Assembly (NCBI RefSeq): GCF_000315625.1
Contig: NW_005434475.1
Coordinates: 1 to 45,269, forward strand
Direction of reading: 5' to 3'
Source of the DNA: Guillardia theta CCMP2712
Lineage: Eukaryota > Protista > Cryptophyta
Length of the DNA stretch: 45,269 nt
Program-made: the position numbers and the translations under genes
Shown: positions 37,007 to 45,269 of the stretch, in pieces
Position numbering within the stretch: the stretch's first letter is position 1
Layout of the letters: each line of letters begins with the position of its first letter
Notes under the pieces: generated by a model
Seen by the model: only the letters and a program-made list of their open reading frames with translations
Databases searched by the model: none
What the model was told of the DNA's origin: nothing

Positions 37007-39349
37007 TCAAGTCGGACGACCAACTTTGAGGACAACGAGGAGAGCTGCCTTGATCCCCTCCTGTCCTTCCGCAACATCGACATACACTGTATACACGTGA
37101 GTCATCTGCAGCAGAACCTGCGGTGCGCAAGTGAGATGGTGACAAGCCTCTGCTGCAGGTACGTGTGCTTCTTTCATGGGAGGCTTCCCGACGACGACAA
37201 GCGGTAGTCCGTCACGAGCAAAGAGGGCTACATACGAGACTGTTCCGTGCTCACTGAGGATCGTGGTTGCCTGCTTGACTGCTTGAACCTGCTCGTGTCT
37301 CAGCTGGTGCCGGCGGTTTGGGACGTCATCACCTGTCCAGTCAGCGGGAGGGATGCAGGATTTATGCAGGTAGAGTCGATGGGCGTGGAAAACTGTGCCA
37401 AGATAACACGGACATCCTCGCAAGCACTCGGCCAGTGAGGAGGATTCATGGCTCCTCGAGCCACCTTGTAGCAAGCCAGCAGAGATGGCACGCGCCACGC
37501 GCCCGCCTCCTTTGTTTCCAGCTGAGGAAGTTTGAGCCCGAGCTGGCGATACGTGTAGTCTCGGAAAACTCGGAGGACGGAAGATCTTGGATACTGGAAG
37601 CGCAGAGAAAACCTGAGATGCAAGTGAGTTTGTACAAGGGCCGGCAGCGCAGACTCACGCTGAAGCATGACCTGCGATCAGATTGCGGAAGCAGATGCCA
37701 TTGGAAGACGATAATTCCTGTGCGCCAATCAATACAAAGACAAGGGAAGGGAACATTTTCACATCGAGATGCAGCACAGGACGATGAAAGAAAACACGCA
37801 TGAGCTCGTTATAATTCTTCCTACAATTTCCAGCACGCGATCTGAAAAATCCGTGAGAGAATTATTTGATGAAAATGTCTGTAACGAAACCCACGTTCCA
37901 TCCAACGAACCAGGCAGTCTGCACTTGCTGAGAAGCAAGACCTGCAGGGAATTCAAAACATTCTGTTTCCTGTCATACAGTGTTTCCGACGATTTACCTG
38001 AGAATCAATCAAGCTCTCATGTCCAAAAGCGCTGGCTGCTTGCATGATTGATACCACCTGGCATCATAGTTCACCTCACCTTTGTGCCATCTACAGCGGC
38101 ACATTGTCCATGATAAAGTGTCCAAAATTGTCGCCAAAGGAAGGTGCGTCCAGAAAGCTGAGATCAACCTGTACAACTGTCAGAGACTGAAGCAGAAATT
38201 GCTCCCGAGCATAGGTACATCTAGGGTTTGAAACCATCTCGGAACGGATTCGTGCATCACAAAAGGGCTCCATGCTTTTACATTTTCCAGATCATCCTGA
38301 TCTGAAAGACTGTCAAATGCATTACTAACTTCAAAGATTCTGTTGTTACTTCGGTTCACATCAAGGTACGAGAGATGCAAAAATCCGTGGCGATGAGAAA
38401 TCGGCCACTGAATGCATCTATGGTGAACAAGAGCGACTGTTTTCTTCCTCCCGCACTTACACTAGAGAAATTCACTGTCTGTGGGTCCTTGAAGTAGATA
38501 AGCTGTCCTAAGACAAAATCGATTTCAGCCAGTCTCATCAACTATCAACGAATATTTCTGAGCGATGGAAGTAGTGCTCTTGCATCCACCTCTTGCCCAG
38601 CAGACGTGGGAAAAGCGACACACTCGTTGTCCAATCGCATCCGGCCCATAACCATCATCCTAGAACATTTTGAGAACGAGTATGTGCAACAAATGTCAAA
38701 CTTTGAAGCCTGCAGAGTGAAGTTTGAATGGGTAGGGCTGATAAGCTGTTAGTCAAAATCTCCTGCAGTAACTCCATGCGACCTGCACCCCACCCATGCA
38801 CGCTATGGAGCTGTACGTTTTTGAATTGTACTCGCCATCCTTCAAGATCCTGTTGTTTGGAGTCACTTCATGTAAACTTTTCAAGCTACTAGTCACCCAA
38901 AGGGCACAACTTCGTTGGCTGCGGCATAAGTCAAGTCGGTGTCATAGAACGTGTTCCAAACGTGAAATGTGATACTCTCAGTCAATTCAACATGCAACCC
39001 ATACATCTGTACGTCCATGAAGTACGTTCCTTCAAACAGATCCGGCAAGGAGAAGAAAAGATAGTTTTCTTGGACTGACTTGTAGTACCAACTTGCTGAG
39101 ACAATCAGATTACCTGTCATGAAATCAACGCTGAACCTTGCTGTTCATTACGATCTCACCACCAATATTAATTTTGATAGAGTAAGGCCCGTCGCTGAGA
39201 TTATTCATCCCCAAATAAACATCAATATTCGCGTCCAAGATCGCAGCATTGTTTTGGATGCCCTCAATTGACAATTGAGAGAGTGATCTCTTTGTTAGGA
39301 AAATTAAGAGTACGAACGAGAATGAAGATAGTTTTGTCCGTAAGAACAT
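37007..39349 (-). CDS. Secreted glycosyltransferase family 61 (DUF563)-like protein, multi-exon; 3' end approximate
   Basis: Leader MFLRTKLSSFSFVLLIFLTKRSLS; DNFGHFIMDN (N.GH...D motif); LRVFRDYTYRQLGL; HEQVQAVKQATTILSEHGTVSYVALFA (EQ......A..L...HG......LF motif of GT61). Confidence 0.65.
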
Positions 39350-40159
39350 GTGTTTGATCAACAAAGAAATCTGAGCTTCCTCTTATCACATTTCCCTACT
39401 CGATCCGCCTCTGCTCCATGCCAAGAATTTCATGCTGGCGTGTTTAACCGTTACGACCGCTGCAAGAACAGTTACAATCGCAACTTCCTCAACCACTTCT
39501 GTTGCAAACGACAAATCTGGGGTCCAATTGGAGCCACCAGTTTCAAAATGTGCCTGAACTGTTCAAAATAGAGAGTCCCAATTAAATATTGGTTTTTGGG
39601 GGAGAATTTCATGAATTACTTGATAAAATTTGAAATGTTATGTTATGCACGAAACCAATTTTCCATCCCAAATGAAAGAATCAGTTTTTTCTGCACCGAA
39701 GCGGCGGCGCAATGGCACAGATGGGACAGCAAGCGACGTGCAGGTGCAGCTGAGAGGCTGAGACGAGAAGATAAATCACACACAACCCCTCAGCTCATAG
39801 ATAATCATACCTTCGTCTTAGGCTCGCCCCCCTGTGGTTATTGAACTCCCCGCAATTGCTCCAACTGACATCCTTCAGTTTGCTTTTTTCTGCTTCCTTT
39901 GTGCCAGGCGGTCGATAGAAACTTAAAAAAACCATTTCGTCGTAACGCCACATCACCTACAACTGAATACCGCTGCTGTGTTTAAGGCCTGGGGATAATT
40001 CGATCTGATTGACAATAGTTGGTCTAATAGCAAAATTGATAGATAATCCACTCCACCGAGTTTCATTTACAATAGGCCAGGTTAAATTCAACAAAAGTTT
40101 CATTTGGAATGTTCCTGGACTAATTTGTACTGTGCGAAGATGCTTTGTTGAAATTCATC

Positions 40160-41559
40160 ATGGCAATGCAGAACACGGCTTACCCCACCCCAGACCTAAC
40201 AGCCAAAAGGCCCTCCGTCGCTCGAGGAAATTCAGATTTGTCAAATCCTTCCCGAGAAACATCTTCGGAAGAAGAAGATAAATATGGATCCTTGTATACA
40301 CAGGCTGGAACTAGACGTGTGACGGTGCAAGATCTCGAAGGCGATTGCTCCCTAACTTTCATGATGTTGGTACCTGATACCTTAGAAGTTATGCTTGAGC
40401 ACATTTCTGTGCGATTTGGTTATAAGAGTGGAAGATGTTCATTGTACACCAGATATGGAGCACCCGTGGATAACTTGTATCTCATTAAGGACGATGAAAT
40501 ACTTTACGCAGCAGATGGAGGGGAATATCCACAACAATTACGCGAAGCTCTGCATCCTGGTTTGGATGAGATAGGCCAATGGAGATCAGCTATTATTGAG
40601 AGATATCAAGTATGGGGTTGGCCAAGAATAGGACAATTGGTCGGAGGTGAAGAAGTGAGGCTCCGTCTACAAACAGCATTTCGTACCAGTGCGCTAATGG
40701 GGGGATTGATCTTTGCATTAGATTTTTTTGCATTCATGTATCCTCCTTCTCTAGAAGGGCCTCCATCAAATTGCTCTTCGACAGACCATGCAGTACGATA
40801 TCTGCAGGTATGCGATCTTGTTCGAGCATACTTTTGGTTTGCTGGTTTGGGACTTGCACTTTCGATGGTTAATTTGATGCTGGCAATTCTTTTGAGTGTA
40901 CAGTTGAATCTTCTTCCTTCTGAAAGAGATGTTTTCTGGTTTTTAAAGGTATATTTGCATCATGGTTGAAATCCTGATCACTGAAATGTTTTCGTAGCAA
41001 TATGGCCATTGGTTGTTTGGATGGCCCACAACTTGCTTATTGTTTGCCCTATGTTGCACAGCAGGATTCATCATTATTGGTGCTCTCATAGTCTTTCCTT
41101 CTGAGAAGGATTCGTGGGCTTTCGTGGGAATATCGTGCTGCTGCTTCTCTGGTTTGATGTTCTTGTTTTTGACACTCTCGACCGCCACGTGGAGGCGCAT
41201 AAATGGAATGGACATAAGAAAGGTGTCATATCTTACTTCTGTGAATTATGTGATGTTGCTTTCAAGGTGTGGCCAGGTGATCCTTGGCTTGAGCAGACAG
41301 TTACCACCTCACTGTAGTGCATCCACTAGCATTCGTCATCAGCGCTGAATTTTCTACGCAGGATGAGACCGCATCGAAGTCGATACGACTCCCTCACTTC
41401 ATTCCAATCAGGTGCTCTTTGGATGTTTTTCTTGCTGCCTCCTGACCTAGAATTTTAGGCGTGAATGCCTCAGGCAGTAGAACAGCTTCAGATCGCTCCC
41501 TGCAAGACCCATCAAACATTGGATCGAACGCGTCTGCTGCTCCGAAGCGCGAGCGGTGA
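40160..41559 (+). CDS. KHA-like (ubiquitin-fold) domain + four-TM PGG/Orai-like membrane protein
   Basis: RRVTVQ...MMLVPDTLEVMLEHISVRFGY...LYTRYGAPVDNLYLIKDDEILY is KHA-like; four hydrophobic segments starting RTSALMGGLIFALDFFAFMYPP; intron 40949-40997 plus three more give stop 41557-41559. Confidence 0.75.
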
Positions 41560-41904
41560 CTGGTAGACCGAGACTTGTAAAATCTGCCGAGTTTGGGGTA
41601 TTTCAAACGAAATCCAAATTTTCAGTGCGCGAAACAATGCGGCTAGGAGAATCTTACCGTATATATCTCACGCGCTGTGTGTAAGAATGTGTACCATTTA
41701 AAGGTGTGATGCGTCGAATAGCAATGAATGGATATTTACTATCCTAGAAAGCTCATAATGGTGCTCAGGACGTGCTCACTTATCACAGTGTGTGGCATAA
41801 TACTTGGCCTCGTTTATGAGAACTCAGCCGTGCTTGCTTTAGGAATTTATTATCCAAACTATCAATCAAACAAATACATTTATGTAGAACTGTTTTGATA
41901 TTCT

Positions 41905-42400
41905 TCTGTTCAGGAACAAAACAGATGCAAGCTTCAACCAAAGCATTCAACATACCCCTTACCTGTTAACTGCGACTTATGCAAGCTGCCTCCAAACCAT
42001 GCCCATCCGGATACCTGGTGCGTTTTCTGATCCAAATCCAACTTTCCCTACAAAGTCAGCAAACAAGAGACAATACTCAACAAGGTTCAAGCTAGCATAT
42101 CGCATATGCACAGAAAACGTGTTGACTAAGGATCACATTGCATTCGAAGCTATCAGCATTCAGGTGTCATGCTGGTCAGTGTCTCTGTTCAGCCATGCAG
42201 AGTTCAAGAATCAGACAATGCCGCGTCGTAACAAGGAAAGTTGCGGTCAGCAAGTCATGGATCGTTGCCGAGATGTCATCATTTGTGTAAGAACTCTGTT
42301 TGGAAGAAACCTACAGCTGAGGTAAGAAAGAGCGAGAACAGTAAGATGAGTAGCCTACTCACAGAGACACCTTGCTGTTAGGGGTTCAAGGATCGGGTAG
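41905..42400 (-). ncRNA. Putative spliced non-coding snoRNA host transcript (ends approximate)
   Basis: Several minus-strand splice signals (GTGAGT at 42362, GCTGAACAG, CTGACTTTGTAG, CAG|GTATCC, CAG|GTAAGG, CTGAACAG) and no minus-strand ORF of 60 aa or more in the ORF track. Confidence 0.45.
42206..42290 (-). ncRNA. SNORD13: Box C/D snoRNA, U13 (SNORD13/snR45)-like
   Basis: Minus strand: C box ATGATGA (42276-42282), internal CTGA (42247-42250), 12-nt antisense CCTTGTTACGAC (42225-42236) to the conserved SSU rRNA 3' motif GTCGTAACAAGG displayed in a CCGC/GCGG hairpin, D box CTGA (42211-42214), and a flanking perfect 8-bp stem CAGAGTTC/GAACTCTG. Confidence 0.8.
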
Positions 42401-42695
42401 TATGAGGCTTAAAGACCAGCCGCTGAGCTGCTGAGTCCGACGGTCAGAGTCTCCGAGACCCGGTGCCCTCCGAGCGGCAGTCCCGCTCGGAATCACAGAG
42501 TTACGGACCGTGACACCGCTCCGAGTCCGCCGCCTGTGTGTGCCGCGGCCGGGAGCACCGATAAGAGGATCTAGTACGATTTTTAACTCAACGCGCGGAT
42601 GTCAGCCGCGCGTCCGACGGTCACTAAAAAATTCCGTTACTCATCAAAGTCACTGTTGAAACTTCTTGTGCCACTCTCAATGGCTAAGTGACACA

Positions 42696-42733
42696 TGGGT
42701 CGAATTCGGCCCACGTGGGCCGAATTCGACCCA
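42696..42733. repeat. Perfect 38-bp palindrome centred on CACGTG
   Basis: tgggtcgaattcggcccac|gtgggccgaattcgaccca; the arms are exact reverse complements. Confidence 0.95.
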
Positions 42734-42785
42734 CGGCTTTTTGCCCCTCATACAGCACCCTTTGTGCGCTGGTCTCAACGAAAAC

Positions 42786-44480
42786 ATGGCAGGGAAGGAT
42801 AGAAGAGGACAAGCGCTTTCAGGGGCTGCAAACGCCATTCTGTTTCATGCATCCGTTGAGATTCTACAAGCTTCCAAAGTGAAGGCTTTCCAACAAAATT
42901 GCATGTTTTGTTCATGATCGTTGAAATTTCCATCCAATTATTCTGTGTTGCTGTTGCGTCCGCGGTGCGCGATTTCGCTTGATTCTTTCGTAATAGTTCA
43001 GATAGAAGACCATCCTGACTAGTCAAGATCAGTTTTCAATCTTTTGGCTGATTTCAATAACTCAATTTCCACTGAAATGACGAAAATTACAGAATACGAC
43101 AATTTTGAGGTTTGTAAGTTGTGGCATTCACATGTGATGATCTCCGTGAAGCTGGAAATATTATAGATTGCTTCCTATACATGATAGGCAACCGTTGCAT
43201 TCGAAATGAGCACCAAAGTTGCCTCAGTTGCGAGGCCAATGCGTCGAATACATATTGGGATGAATTTCGTTGGAATGACGTGTGCCTGAAGAATTCTTCG
43301 TGGTACATCCACTTCGAGACATGGAAACATCGCTGAACAGTAGTGAACCCTATTGACCAACATATCCATTAACAATACAAAGCGTATTCAAGCTGGATCT
43401 TCGCATGTCTGTGTTTTTTTTCCATAATTTTCTTCGTGCCGTATTTCAAGTTTGGTATTCTGATAGAAATTGCACGCGGAAGAACATGGTCTACGAAGTC
43501 GTTCTCTTCTGGGTTAAGGAATGGTCACAATTCCACATCTTTACATGTATCTTGCATAGTTCATGCATAGAGTTTTGAGTACTTGATGGGCCCTGATGAC
43601 AGTTGCTTCATTACTACTCATCCGAAGCCACCACTCATCAGACGGATGTTGGAGCTGGCTGTTTCATGTCTGTTTCACGCAAGTAGCGCCTCAAACTGTT
43701 TCCACGTGAAATGTTCTTCGTAATCGCATGTTATTCGTCTTCATTAGTCACTTTTTCTAGCATTTTGTTGGAGAAAACTGTGAAAAAATGGTTCGTCGAT
43801 TGTGTCGTTCAGAAATATTTTTCACATTTTTTCCTTCCAAACAGGGTAAAACATCACCTAGAACGTTTAAGAATCATCGTGCAGGGGAAAATAATCCTGC
43901 TGAGTGTTGGAGAAAGGCCTAAAGACTCATTTGCAAAGTGAACAGACACGGTATGAATCGCCATGCACCAGCACGAGAGAAACATGTGAGTACAAGATTG
44001 ACGCCGGAACAGATGATTTGAAGACACCACAGCACAAGATCTCGTCATCCTTATGTGATCACGAGACGCAGGACATGCTGAAAGACTGACATGAGATTGC
44101 TCACAGCTTCAAGATGTGCGGATAACAGTGGGAGATGTCATATTCCATGCGGAGTGGTTGTCTGCATCAACTTCAATTTTACAGTTGAGGAGGTGAATTA
44201 ATGGCAAAGAAGCTGCTCTGAGAAAGAAAAGGGACTTGGATGTGATGAATATCATCAAGATGCACGATGGAAGTGAAGAGTTACAAGGTTTAGTGTAGGT
44301 ATGAAGGAGATGGTAAGGAAAGTGATTGGGATACCTCATACCAAAATGTTGATGAGCACTGAAACAATTTCAAGCGTGGAAGGGGCCTATCTCGACTGAG
44401 AAGCAAGACAATCACTCAGAGACATGCAGGTGAATCAGGAGAACCCATTGCAATATCGCAGCAGGCAAGAGGATGTGAGG
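42786..44480 (+). CDS. Probable multi-exon hypothetical protein; exon structure and ends not resolved
   Basis: ATG 42786 (MAGKDRRGQALSGAANAILFHASVEILQASK) and exon-like pieces bounded by GT/AG (SVFNLLADFNNSISTEMTKITEYDNFE; EAALRKKRDLDVMNIIKMHDGSEELQ; VNQENPLQYRSRQED). No family recognised. Confidence 0.3.
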
Positions 44481-45134
44481 AGTTGTGTAGATTCTTGATT
44501 CCGTCCACGGTTTTACGACGGAAATGAGGGCGCGGAGTGAGCATTCCAAAAATGTTGAGGTCTTTAACTCGAGGGAGACCAGAGTAGCGTGAACGATAAG
44601 ACCAGTGATGGATGGAATACTCATTCTCCAAGAAACTCTTTCCAATTAAGTTGTTGAATCAAGATAGATAGTATGATACATAACTCAATGAACATTTTCC
44701 TTTGTCTCTGTGATTTTGTACGCAACAGATCGATGAATTTATCGCTAACAACAGCATGTTGGCGTTATGACATGCAGTGAAAATTGAACAGAAACTCATA
44801 AATATCATGAAATCCTTTACAGTCTGCAACATGAATGAGTATTACAACAGTTTACTTTCATATGATGCAGAAAAATATGTTCTCATGATTCATGAAGTGC
44901 ACCAATGACCCTCCTCATGGAGCATGGCGGCGCGCCATTTCCCGGGAAGGCCAGTACCCCCACCCAGCAATGGCAAGTAAACACCCTATCTTTGATTTAT
45001 TCAAAATACCCGTAGTAGGACTACCCCCACCCTTCATTTTCAGGCCCCTCTAAGGCAAAACCATCTGAAAACGGCAAAAAGGTGCCGAAGGTTTGTGTCA
45101 CTTAGCCACTATATCCTGGCTTAATTTTTAGGGC

Positions 45135-45247
45135 AATCATCAATTTCCAATCAACAAATTTTTGGAGTAATCATTTTCCAATCAACGAAAGTTTGCAGTA
45201 ATCATTTTCCAATCAACTTTTTGAAACAATAATCATTTTCCAATCAA
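45135..45247 (+). repeat. Four 31-bp-phased TAATCATTTTCCAATCAA units (CCAAT-box array / minisatellite)
   Basis: CCAATCAA begins at 45147, 45178, 45209 and 45240; the first unit is degenerate; the 12-13 nt linkers vary. Confidence 0.85.
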
Positions 45248-45269
45248 AACTCCCCGTTTTGTACCGCCG

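Noticed and set aside
40660-40745. True Orai ortholog
   Set aside because: The RTSAL match is short and the selectivity-filter Glu is missing; kept only as PGG/Orai-like.
45135-45247. CRISPR-like repeat-spacer pattern
   Set aside because: Repeat only 18 nt, spacers only 12-13 nt and similar to one another, no cas genes, eukaryotic context.

Overview
Eukaryotic nuclear DNA from a draft scaffold (7 N-gaps, all in 1-8.3 kb). It is gene-dense with very short (~40-60 nt) GT-AG introns; the style suggests a cryptophyte alga such as Guillardia, which is inference only. The left half (1-22532, minus strand, running off the window) is one giant, almost intron-free secreted/surface-protein gene of >7,400 codons: signal peptide, ~14 filamin-type Ig repeats with PA14 domains inserted into them, then ~45 IPT/TIG-like repeats. 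The most striking signal is that this gene is a mosaic. Five PA14 cores are nucleotide-identical, GC-richer cassettes set in frame among highly diverged AT-rich neighbours, and the TIG array is built from nested 261-bp, 519-bp and ~3.6-kb identical units with chimeric junctions. This points to cassette-like gene conversion acting on a giant adhesin/lectin. The right half holds intron-rich genes that I reconstructed by hand: TADA1/Ada1, an IQ-DH-PH RhoGEF, a securin/PATRONUS-like D-box protein, TMEM222, RBM25 (with a candidate poison exon and a GC-AG intron), a Cys-only SelM/Sep15-family protein, a GT61-like glycosyltransferase and a KHA-domain + 4TM PGG/Orai-like channel candidate. It also holds a U13 (SNORD13)-like snoRNA in a non-coding host, a 38-bp perfect palindrome and a 31-bp-phased CCAAT array.
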